This document shows positions 14,401 to 26,172 of a DNA stretch of 55,575 nucleotides, piece after piece. The position numbers and the translations under genes are program-made. Source of the DNA: Trichoplax sp. H2 (lineage: Eukaryota); contig NOWV01000163.1 of the NCBI GenBank assembly GCA_003344405.1, positions 124,001-179,575 of the forward strand, given 5' to 3'. The notes under the pieces were generated by a model. It saw only the letters and a list, made by a program, of their open reading frames with translations, was not told the origin of the DNA and did not search any database. How positions within the stretch are numbered: position 1 is the first letter of the stretch; every line of letters starts with the position of its first letter.

Positions 14401-16099
14401 TAAAACCTTTTTGATATCCAAAGCTATCTAATCTGGTTCCTGTTTTGTAATTTTATTTTTACCCGGCTATTACGACCGTTGAAACTAGCGCTTCGCTGTT
14501 TTATTATCTCTTCAGTGTTCATTCCTATTAGAAGTATCGATTTCTTTAGCCTTAATTGCTTCACTGTACACTTTTCGCTTTAGATTACATTATATGCAGT
14601 GATTTCATTTCTTCTTCAAATATAAACAATTGAGCAATAAAACCTATTTCTCAAACGGCATGGGTGAGTAATTAATAGCCAAGAAAGAATGAGAGAATAA
14701 AGAATTTCAAAGTGTATCCCATATTGAGTCGAGCTACTAGTAGTAACAATCTATTCTGGATGCAATTTCTTCATAATGGTCCATCAGTAACTATAAAGGC
14801 TATCTATACATCTTTTACAGCGACTACGAAATCTATGCCTAAAATCTAGTGCTCATACTGAAGACTTTTTAAATCGTATTTGTTACAATATTAAAAACTT
14901 CCTACGCCCAAAAATTTAATACAGTTACTAACATTTTCTTTGTCCAAAGATATTTCCTACGATATCTTGTAATAAGTATGACTGATATGGAGTTGTTATG
15001 TTAAATTGAAATACTCATATAGTCATTTTTATTTTCTAATCAATTCTTCAATAGTATCCGTTATGATGGTCATATTGAAAACCGCTGCAATTATATCCCC
15101 TAGCGTTATCAAGTAGTAGTAATGTGAGTTTGGGAATTACCGTATACTCGTGCTAGTTTTCGATTCTATGAGAGGGGAAGGATATCAAACTATAAGCAAT
15201 GATATTATCAAATGAAGGAAAGCCGTTTTATAAAACTCTATTCTTTGTTTAAAATGCATTATGATAGCTATCATCATAACTGCAGTACTTAATCTTTAGC
15301 TTTTATAATGCGATAATGGCATTATTTTGAGAACTATTTTAGTTTTGGATGCTATAGTTGGGAAGGATTTCTCAATATGAATGATGCATAGTCTTAAATA
15401 GTTATGCTTCTAAAATCTTTCAATTGGAAGTTTAATATTGCAATAGCTTGAACTATGAAGACTGAATATGGCAAACGACTATTTTACTAGTATCATTAAT
15501 AGAGTATACAGCAGCTGCTAAATCGTTCTTATTAATTAAAACTGTACCTACCCTCGTTATACACTTCGAGATTCATTTTAAGGCAATTTTTATACCATGA
15601 CCGGCTAGAAGTGTTTGCAGTATCTTCATCAAGGATTTAGATTTTTTCCATCAGCCGGAAATGTAGAGTTAAGCATAACGTGTTTTAATTGCCTTAATGT
15701 ATTGTCTACGAAAACAATCAATTATTATTAACATATCAATGCCATTTGATGTTGATATAGTAACTTAGTCCGTTGTTATCAATCACGGCTACTTGCATGA
15801 CGTTTTGAATCTGGAATTGTCGTAGTAGAGCAAAGTCTAGGAGCGAGTAATGTATTGACTGTGGTTTTTGATGGTTTAAAAGTATTATCCTCTTCATGAA
15901 GCAATTAGTAGATGGATAAGGAAGGAGACTTTTATGCGGGTAGAACCGAGCAGGTTTGAGTATCGAATTAGCAAAGTGGTTACTACTCTAATTGAAAGTT
16001 GAATTTCTACACAGCGGCGTTTCATCTTGGGTAGACTTATATTAAACGTTTCCAATGAGGTTAAACTTAGCATAAATCCACTTGATTATGTAATAGTAC

Positions 16100-16662
16100 T
16101 GTAAAGTAACTTAGTGTTGTGATTGTAGACTATTAGCCATGTTTAGTTAAATGTATGGCAGTGTCTTTTTCTATATTTATTTTATGATATATTTAGTAGT
16201 CTATAATTATAGACTGGAAGGATACACCCTGTGCTAGTATGCAGATGACTATATACAGTAAGGTGTTGAGCTACTAATAAGGTTAGAGGTAGAAATAGAA
16301 TTGTAAATGATATATTAGGATATGCTTAGTTCATTTTATTTTGAGTGGTAGGAATAATGCCAATGAAAATACTGTAATCATTTCTATATTGGATCAATGA
16401 TGATTCGCTGTAAAATACTGTGACTAATAATATGCTGAACAGGTGTAAAATATGGTAGAATGCTTCTATGCTGATTGTAGCTGCGCAGACCATACAGAGA
16501 ATAAAAGCAGTAGATATTAGATTATCTGATTGCTCATTCTAGAAGTCTTTCTGTAGCTATATTCGACTAAAGTATAGCTGTGTGTAGCTAGTCCTTGTAT
16601 TGGATCTAATAAAGCTTTAATTTTCTACAAATTTGGAATATTCGTGATCGGATTTCATCGCA
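16100..16662 (+). mobile_element. Solo LTR-like element, family B, diverged copy
   Basis: TGTAAAGTAAC...ATCGCA ends with AGTAC/AGTAT flanks. Colinear with 45984-46534 but has many substitutions. Confidence 0.82.
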
Positions 16663-17133
16663 AGTATTATTGAAAAAGTAATAAAGACAGACATAAAGTT
16701 ATTATCTGATTCCGCAATGAAACTCCTTCATGTTATTTCACAGAATGGTGATCATTACCCAATAAAGACAAATATCATAGTAATAAACCGATCATATTTA
16801 ATTGCTTCGCACGGAAGGACACAAGATTTTAGTTTTGATCAGCGTAGAAAATTGAGTATAGCTACATGTATAATGTTGACAAGCTCATTAATAAACTATC
16901 ATTTCGAGCCAATGTTTTGTTTCGCAGTAACTCTACAATTGGTACTTCAGAAATTAAATTTTTTATCGTTTATTGCAATTTAAACGAGTGTTTCTAAGAT
17001 TTTTGCAATACAAAAGTACCATTTAATCTACTATGGTTGCCGCTAAGCATCGTTATTAGTATGATGATGCTAGTTGTTAATTGCCATTGATGGTTACCTT
17101 TTTGCTTATAGTGCGACCCTGATAACTGCCTAG

Positions 17134-18258
17134 ATGACCATGGCGAACAGTCCTACTTGTAATGCTCAATGTGTTTATTATGGAAATGACAGCCTTAACT
17201 CCAGTCAAATTGATCTAACAGCCATTGTAGCTGGTCAAGATGTTATCTCTAGTATCTATATATGTATCGGCGTTATTGGAACTTTATTGAATGGCTTAGT
17301 GGTATATATTCTTGTCAATAAGAAAATTTTAAGATCGCGTATTCTTCGACACTTGATGATTAATCTGGCAGTGGCGGATTTATGCTCAGCTCTAGCCGTT
17401 ATATTACTTGGTACTAAAACCTTCTATATAATTAATTTCAGCAGTAGCACTAGAATGAATCAAGAAGTCAATCTTAGCTTATTTGGGCAAGAACTCAATG
17501 GAATATGCAAGTCTAGCTATATTATATTTTTTATGACTAATTTTGTTTCAACTTTAAATTTAACAATCATTGCAATAGATCGCTATCGAACATTTGTCGT
17601 CAATAATATGGTCTCTATAAGATCGAAGCAAGTGAGTCTGGGTAAAATACGCTTATTAATAGCCTGCTTTTGGGTGGTTTCTATTGGTTTTGCCTTTCCT
17701 TTCATCGAAACTTTCGAGCTAACACCTAGAGTGAATAATCGTTGTCTGTTTGCACACTCTTATAAGCATTGCACGTATAATATTGTCCTAATGGCTATAG
17801 TTTTAAGTTTATTTTGTGCTTTACCGGCCGTTATCATGATATTTTGCTACTTTAACATCATTCTATTTCTTCGTAAGCATGCGACAGGCACCAAGAACTT
17901 ACTAAATAATAATAAGGAGAATCAAGCACGAGATCTTAATCACACCAAACTATTCGCCGTTATCACTTTTGCTTTTACGATCACTGTAACACCATTTATG
18001 GGATATTTAATCTACGTTTCTTGGACCAACTGTAATGCCGATGAGATTTTGCAGTATCTGTTAATAAAATCTGCTTACGGATGGATAGCATTTCATGAAG
18101 TTGCTCACTTCCTTTTTATTTTACCTCCAATTATAAATCCATTATGCTACACATTTAGTTCTCGTTCTTACCGCAAAGCAATCTTGAATGGATGCCAATG
18201 CAATAAAGCCACAGCTATTGGTCCTTCAACTCAAACAAACTCCACTTCAAATCGTTAG
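17134..18258 (+). CDS. Class A GPCR, cluster gene 3 (same subfamily)
   Basis: GTLLN, NLAVADL, DRY, NRCLF, CNADE and NPLCY motifs. The start may be ATG 17140 (accATGG). Confidence 0.96.
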   Translation: MTMANSPTCNAQCVYYGNDSLNSSQIDLTAIVAGQDVISSIYICIGVIGTLLNGLVVYILVNKKILRSRILRHLMINLAVADLCSALAVILLGTKTFYIINFSSSTRMNQEVNLSLFGQELNGICKSSYIIFFMTNFVSTLNLTIIAIDRYRTFVVNNMVSIRSKQVSLGKIRLLIACFWVVSIGFAFPFIETFELTPRVNNRCLFAHSYKHCTYNIVLMAIVLSLFCALPAVIMIFCYFNIILFLRKHATGTKNLLNNNKENQARDLNHTKLFAVITFAFTITVTPFMGYLIYVSWTNCNADEILQYLLIKSAYGWIAFHEVAHFLFILPPIINPLCYTFSSRSYRKAILNGCQCNKATAIGPSTQTNSTSNR

Positions 18259-19337
18259 AGATAGTAGTCTAAACAGTAAATCAATAAATTTTGTCTGATT
18301 TTTAGAATAATAAATAAGTAATTTTATCCGCTGAAGATGATGAAACTAGAGATAGACAATGAAACTAGTAGAAATCGACAAATGGTTATTTATAGTATTT
18401 AGAAACAATAATCAGATAAAATAATTGCTAAATTTTAAGGTATATAGTTTTAGTGGTGCTGAAGCCAATCGCTAATTATGAAAGATGATTTCTAATCAGA
18501 AATCCTTTCCATATTGCAATTGATTTTTAATGCATACTTAGTCTGCTTCAGATGACGGAGTACTGTACTATATTAATAAATTAATATTTATATCATTAAA
18601 GTCTAATTTAAAACCTTTTAAATTCTATATTTGTAGTACTTTATGAACTTAAGGACAGATTTTATCATTATCCTTCATTTTTTCATTATTTGTCGATTTT
18701 ATCTGGTTTAAATTTCGATATTATGGTGAAATTTTGTATTAATTGTACACATTTATGCCAACGTATCACCTTTGGCAAGCGACTGATATATATTGATGAT
18801 TTTTTAAAGTGAACATTTGTATGCAGTATCACCATGTTCTTAAGATTTAGTGTATTTCCTCTATGTTTAAATATTTATTATTCAGTAGCTAAGCTTTCTT
18901 TTCTTAATAAGAGCATCATTGAGTTGCGCTCTAATTAAATATTTCATTTGCTGTGAAAATTTTCTAAGGATGCTTGACGTACAATCTAGTGCAATAAAGA
19001 AATTTTTAATATTTCAGTAATTGACAAGATTGACTACTGTTATGATTTTATTTCAAATCATACTAATATGCTATATTAATAGCACTTATTATTGGATCTT
19101 TCTTTAACTTTGTGAGCTATAAATAAAATATTAAATTAGTTAATTCAGATCTCAAATAAATAACTATTGCCTTCCTGAATCAGATCAATAATCAGAGTAG
19201 CTAACATATTCCTTGAGTCAGGCGTTGTAGTAAAAATACTAATAATACCTACTCCTGTCAATTTTCAGTTTTTGTTCAAAATTTTCCCTTATATTTTCCT
19301 GGTAAGGAAACTGAAATCACAGCTATGCCATTCTTTG

Positions 19338-19640
19338 TTTTTGTAAAAGGTTATTTGAAATTAAAGTGAATGGCATGTCTGGATGATATTTTGCTAGATT
19401 AACAGATTAAATTGGTATACCCCCGCAATAGTTAATTTTAAGGCGTTATAACTTTAGCATTATTGATTACCTTTGAATAATGGAATACATATAATCATCC
19501 AGTTTATTTATTTACTACTTTATTTTTAACAAATTTCATGTAAACAACTAATTGTAAAATAAAACGGATTGCATACGACAATACTGCTTTGATTAGTAAT
19601 GTTGTTGTGTGAAATCACAAATTATTTAATGTATAAATGA
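19338..19640 (+). repeat. Diverged ~300-bp non-coding repeat, copy 1 (partner 27499-27800)
   Basis: Shared colinear blocks TTGTAAAAG, AATTAAAGTGAATG, GATATTTT, TGATTAC..TTTGAATAAT, ATTTCATGT, AACTAAT and ACAAATTAT. Boundaries approximate. Confidence 0.7.
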
Positions 19641-21364
19641 TTAGTATGTTATTAAACTTTATGTTACTTTGACTCCTAAGGATTGAACTGTAGAAGTGAA
19701 GTGAAGGAAAATTGTTTAAATCAAAATTTGTTCACTGTAGGAAAGTTGCATGAAAACATGTAATTGTGAAAGCTTTCCAAAATACATGAGCATTCTAAGA
19801 TACAGTTATGAGTTGCGTTTGTGTGCTAAGAGTTTCTTCTTATATAAGTAGCCGTTTTAGGAATAAAATAGTTTCACGAGTTTACAGCCCACCGTTGAGT
19901 GTAAATGCGTTGTATTGACGGTTATATAGTTGATGGCTTGCCCTTAGATTATAGATTGTAAAACTAATTCACTTTCCAGTGAGGAAAAGTAAATTAGTTA
20001 GATATCCTACTTATAGGAGAGCTCAAAGGTCAAATCTTATTTTAAGCATGACTGCCTCTTTTTATAAGCGTGCTCTAACGTAATTTAAAATATAGCAACG
20101 ATTTTCCCCATAAAGAAAGTTCGTTCTCCATAGTTTACGCGTAAAGAGGTTTATATCATTTCTGACGATAAACTTAAGGAAAAGGTCGGTAGTTTTTCCT
20201 TGAATTAATCTTGATAAGTGATTCTAGGTAGACGAAGACCAATATGTATTTCCGGTATATCTTTGTCTTTAGAAGGATATATAGATAGTGGTGACAAATA
20301 GATACTATGGAACTTTAAAGGCGTTGTCTATTGTGATTACGAATGGAATAAATGGCTCTTTCTCACTACTTGATCATGTTGAATTTCCCCTTAGAACAGT
20401 GATAAATAAAAAGATTTCATCTCGGTAAATGAAATACTGCTTACTTTATGTTGTAAATGAAAGATAGTTATTTTAAGTCGTAATGCAGTTATAACATCTC
20501 GTAGTTCTTTTTTGTCAGATGCAGTTGTTTAAGTAACTCTACTATAAAAGAATCAATTAATTGAATGTCTAACATATAATAGATTGACTGTATAATTCTA
20601 ACAATTGAGACATGATCAATTAGGTGAATAATGAAGTATACAGTTACCATCCTTTCTTGTATCCTTTTATGAAGTAACTCTCAACTTCAAAGTATGTTTA
20701 GAACGAACGCGGAAGTATAATAATTGAAAAGTATAAGTCACGTAATTATCTTTCTTATTTGCCAATTTGATACTTATATGAATGCTATTAATTCGAAAGA
20801 TAAATAAATTCAATGATCTTTGCACTAGAATTTAAGTACACTGCAAACGCGAATTTAAATTGATCCTAAGCTTAGAGGCTAGAGAAAAAGTATTGTTTGA
20901 TCTAAGAATAATTAAAGCGGTAAGAATTTTTTGCAATTACATGGTTTAAGTTCTTAACCTTGCCCTTTGGATTGATTAAAAATTATTGAGAATATGTATT
21001 GTACTGCATATACGAATCTATAGTATATCTTGAAATGATTTTTATCTAGTGTACTTTATCCTCTTCGTAGATAGAAATTCTTAATTATGATCGTCGTCTA
21101 AATATCTTCATAGATTCATAATCATCCGAATAATATTTGACCACTAGTTGCTAATACATTCTCCTAAGTTGAGCTATCGTTAAACATTAAAAATCGTTAT
21201 ATCGTTGTCGAAGCCATTCCATTTTTTGCTTTTACTTTGGAGAAAAAATTGATTTAACTTTATATTAGCTATGATATATAGTAGCTTTTCTTCATGATTT
21301 ATTCTACTAATTGAGAAAATTATTATTAAGCTCGCTTAAAATGGATAATGACTGGTAATTCTAC

Positions 21365-21916
21365 TGTGATATATACCGATCACGAAATTCCAAATTTTAG
21401 AAAAATAAGGGCTTTATTGAATCTTATATAGAGATTAACTACACACAGCTCTACTCTAGCCGAATGCTACTATTAAAGACTTCTACAACGAACTAACAGA
21501 ATAATCTAAAGTTGCATACTTTTATACTTTTCGTAGCATTCGCAGCTACAATCCGCACGTCAACCTTTTACCTTATTTTACAGATAGTAAAATTATTCTT
21601 AGTAGCACTTTTCTACTGCAGACCATCATTAATCTGATATGGATACGATTACAGTATTTACGTAGACATTATTCACACCAGCCAAAGTACAATGAATTAA
21701 CCATATCTTAATATATAATTTTTAGTTTTATTTTTACCTATAGCCTTCTTGGTAGCTCAACACCTTACTGTATATGGTCTTATGTACTCTAGCATAGAGT
21801 CTATACCACTACAGTCTATAGTTATGGCTACCATGTATCTCTTAGGATAAGTATCTACCGTACATTATACTAAACATGGCTAACAGTCTACAAGCACAAT
21901 ACTAAGTTACATTACA
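21365..21916 (-). mobile_element. Solo LTR-like element, family B, reverse orientation
   Basis: Reverse complement of 45984-46534 along its whole length. Ends read TGTGAT...ATTACA on +. Flanks TCTAC/TTTGC are a degenerate TSD at best. Confidence 0.85.
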
Positions 21917-23546
21917 TTTGCAAAACCCTGGTAATTAAAGTAACGGTTCCTAATGGTAGTCATGTTAAATCTGGATGTTGCTTGTTTCTTCGGATTGGGA
22001 GTTCATTCTATCTATGCTTTGTTCGTGGTCTTTTTATTAATAAATTCGTGATCAAAGAAAAGTCCTTTAGTTCATGAGACTCTAATAGCAATTATTTAAA
22101 AGTTCATCTTCTTTCAGAATTACGTAAGGTCGTTATTCTTGATAAGTATTTAGAAGAATATAATAGTTGAAACGGATCAACGTGGCCATGATGCTCATAG
22201 TCAAACTGATATGCTGATAATTTTTGACTTCAATTTATAGCGTACGTGAATGTAACTGATATCTAAAATCTTTAAGGAGGTTTCAAAGGATTCAATAGAC
22301 GATACTCATTATTCGATTCACTGTTTAATTATGATCTGTAACTTAGTTTTTTAAATTAATTTATTGAAAATAATCGTAATTATCTTGTATTCCATTGTGT
22401 AATACAGTAAGATAGTAATCCAACTTCCAGAAAGAAAGTGATTGATATTCTTAGATATTACGTGATTAAGGATTGGGACAAGTGTGTCGTTCATCGTACT
22501 ACTGAAGTCTATAATTAATTTATTGGGCATAACTAGTGTTCTATGTTATCTTTCAAATACCTGAATACTATAATCCAATAAAAAGTTCTACTGTGCCAGT
22601 ATGTACAAATTGCAGTATCGTGTTATAACGGCAATATAGTCTCGCTATTGACTAGACACAACTTCCTTTGAGTTTAATATTAATTCCAGATTGTCTGCAA
22701 TTGTAATGAAAGGAAAGTGTAGAGATCAAGTTACAAAACTTTAACAAACTTTAATTCTACTTTTGTTGCACTCTGGTCGACTTAGCAAAACTTTGACACC
22801 AAATAAAATTTAGGGAAATAATCGAACAACAATTTATTACAAAACAAAATGGAGAGTAGTATAAACCGAACAACATTACAAATACTTAGCTTTAACTATT
22901 AATAAAATAAGTCACAGACTTAAAAACTGTCAACGACCAAACAACCTTTCAAAAAGAAGAAAGTTTTAACTTGCGACAATTCGATCCCGAAGGCCTTTTA
23001 AATTCAACAAGTTTTTCAAATAAAATCTTCTACTCTCTGTCTAAATTTTCTAGTTGCACTATCATTTATAGGCTTCTTAGAGCCGTCAGAGGTATTTAAA
23101 ACTAAACAATTGCTAACCAATCGCTCTCAAGATCCGTTTTAGAAACCTACTTTGCACCATGTAAGAAAACAAAAATCATTCAAAGTTCAGACACAATTCA
23201 CCCTACGATTCCCTACAAAACACTATAAAACTAGCAAGCTAACTATAAAAATACATCAAATTTCACTTCTAACATAATTTCTATCATTATTTCGCTACAC
23301 TATAAAAGTCTAAAAATCAACCTTTAAACATCAAGATTTAGTCATCAAAATAACATTCTAACTACTTAACAATCAACGCAACCTCTGCCAATTTCCACCT
23401 TATTTTCCATTTTTCTAACTAAACTTTCCTAATGTGACTTTCAAGTCACATCATAAAATTCCAAAGTTTCAAATTCATAACCAAAAGTTCAAATTTAAAA
23501 AATCAACTCTTACGATATTTTTCATAAACTAAAATCTAAAAATTAC

Positions 23547-23603
23547 AACAGAAAAATTATATCAGACATAAATTAAAACAGGAAAATTATATCAGACATA
23601 AAT
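23547..23603. repeat. Tandem duplication, 30-bp period, two copies
   Basis: AACAG(A/G)AAAATTATATCAGACATAAAT at 23547 and at 23577. Confidence 0.85.
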
Positions 23604-23688
23604 CCGACTGGTTCCGGAATCCGAAAAATTCGGTTCTTATAAAGATCACAGTAATCGCTTATCAAAAAAATTTATATGACTATTACGA

Positions 23689-24325
23689 TGTCACGGTACG
23701 AACTACCGTGAAGAAATAGCTATCTAAATTTGGTTAATATAATATAGCGATAATATGTTTGAAGATTCCTATTTAGTTCGTTAGTCGGTTAGATAGTCAA
23801 CTAGTTTTTTCAATTGATATTTAATTGTAAAGACTATAATCTTGGGTGCCAAGATTCCTTCAGTAATAAATGATAGTAAATCTCTGACTATCTCGTCTAC
23901 ATCATCTGTGACGCTATAATTATACCATAGTGTTCGGTCGTTGGAACTGAATTATTTGATGATATAGCTAATCTCGCCTCTTTAAGTTAGTAAGTGGCGT
24001 TCTCCGCAAGGATTGGCGTGTGTAGACTACTTTGTCACTAGTGGTGTGTGACAATGTTACAACTAGTTACTTAAAGTAGGAATTATTCTAATTATAAATT
24101 TGTTACAGTAAATTTAATGCTGTGCTGTAATATGTACTGAAATGATTCTGTGAATGGACATATTGTAGTCCGACTGTGAAAAATTAGTTAGTAGATGTTC
24201 TCACCTAAGTAATTTTATAAGATGACTTGTGAATGTTAGCTGCTGTAGAAGGGTATATAAGCCCATCAGATAGTTGAATAAAGCAGTTCTCAATTGTCTA
24301 GTTAAGTTTAACGTAGAATCAAAGG
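23689..24325 (+). mobile_element. Family A LTR interrupted by a nested element and truncated by the gap
   Basis: Starts TGTCACGGTACGAACTACCGTGAAG, resumes family A sequence at 24054 and runs into Ns at 24326. Confidence 0.88.
23760..24053. mobile_element. 294-bp TG...CA insertion (family D, solo LTR-like) nested in the family A LTR
   Basis: Perfect 5-bp TSD ATGTT (23755-23759 and 24054-24058). TGAAG...GTGACA ends. Absent from the other family A copies that span this position. Confidence 0.85.
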
Positions 24326-24345
24326 NNNNNNNNNNNNNNNNNNNN

Positions 24346-24762
24346 GGTTCCGGAATCCGAAAAATTCGGTTCTTATAAAGATCACAGTAATCGCTTATCA
24401 AAAAAATTTATATGACTATTACGATGTCACGGTACGAACTACCGTGAAGAAATAGCTATCTAAATTTGGTTAATATAATATAGTGATAATATGTCACAAC
24501 TAGTTACTTAAAGTAGGAATTATTCTAATTATAAATGTGTTACAGTAAATTTAATGCTGTGCTGTAATATGTACTGAAATGATTCTGTGAATGGACATAT
24601 TGTAGTCCGACTGAGAAAAATTAGTTCGTAGTTGTTCTCACCTAAGTATTTTTATAAGATGACTTGTGAATGTTAGCTGCTGTAGAAGGGTATATAAGCC
24701 CATCAGATAGTCGAATAAAGCAATTCTCAATTGTCTAGTTAAGTTTAACGCAGAAGCAAAGG
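24346..24762 (+). repeat. Second copy of 23610-24325 without the nested insert (probable alternate haplotype across gap 24326-24345)
   Basis: Identical 79-bp flank and the same LTR junction (TACGA|TGTCAC); about 11 substitutions within the LTR. Confidence 0.85.
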
Positions 24763-24838
24763 CGTCTAAATTCTTGTGAGGTAGTTAAGGGATACTGAAC
24801 CCCGGAGACTATAGTAATTTAAAGATTTGTTTTACGTT
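24425..24838 (+). mobile_element. Family A LTR lacking the normal 3' terminus
   Basis: Matches family A up to TTTTACGTT (~24838), then diverges; no terminal TGTCAC...GTGACA module. Confidence 0.85.
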
Positions 24839-26172
24839 CTGCTTTTCTGACATTAGTATCGCTGAGTATTCGCGAGTATTGACAGTTAATGTTTTAGCGT
24901 CAGATTGTACGGTAACTGTACGATTATAGACTACATTACAGTACTTTACCGTCATGTTATAAATCCCCTTTCTTTATGGATAGGATTTTGCTACTAAATC
25001 AAATTCCTTTATAATTTGAATAGACGATCAAATACCCTTTCTTTAGATTAGGCAATTGCTCTCGGGCTACTTCTATAGTAATCTCTATATAATACCTTGT
25101 TAAATAATGAAGAAGAAAAGATGACGACATGATGATTTGGCTGGGTAAAACTTAAAAACACTATCACTTTCTAGGTATTTTCTGTAGTAAAATAGTACTA
25201 GTTACATACTAAAAGCTATAGAGTACTCTACTTTTAGTCCTTTACTACACAATAATAGATTTCAACTAAGCTACTGTATCTTATAAGCGATTCTCTAGGC
25301 TAAAGATAATCTAATTTAATGAAGTTAGTGGAATAAAAGCACATATTTTTCGATATAAAATATAATGTAGAGAAATAATTATATCAGAACTTTGATCGAG
25401 TAATTCTACTGTAGTTAATTATGATGAATTTCAAAAGATTTCTAGGGTCGAAAATTCTTGTGGCAGGTAGCTTAAAAAATTCACGTCTATGATTTATCAT
25501 TAGAAATAAGTTAGCTAGGTAAATTTAATCATATCTAATTAAAGAACCTAGCCGGTCCATATTTAATCTTAAGAAATTTAATTCTAAAATAATAAATTGT
25601 CCAAGTCAAGATGAAATTAAAAAAGCTTTATCTATGAGGTTTTAGAAAGGTAGAGGTATAACTCAATAACAAGTATTTAAGATAATATACCCTTAGCCGG
25701 ATAGAATCATCGGTTGCTATTTGTAATTTTTAGATACATAACGGCAACAATGCTGCTTGTAATCTTGTAACAAACGCCATGGAAACAGTTTTACTCAAAT
25801 ACGAAATTAAATTATCCTAACACACGAATCTATCTACTGCAGATAAAATTACGAATTTATAGTATTAATATGAATGACTAACTAAAATTAAATTATCTAA
25901 TTCAAATCGAGCTATCAACAAAATCAATACGTGACTTATCGGTACTTCAATTATTATTTGTTAACAAATACCATTCTTAGTAAAATTTATATCTATAAAT
26001 GAAGATAACAAGTAAACTTTCATGATATTTCTGCAAAGCCGTAGCGGATAGAGTAGCATCATTTCATTTACATCTTTATTTAAATCAGTCATAAGAAAGC
26101 TAGCATAATCTTACTTTCTGACTTTGTTGATATAATTTAATTTTAGATAGAAATTATTAAATTCTTGCTGCC

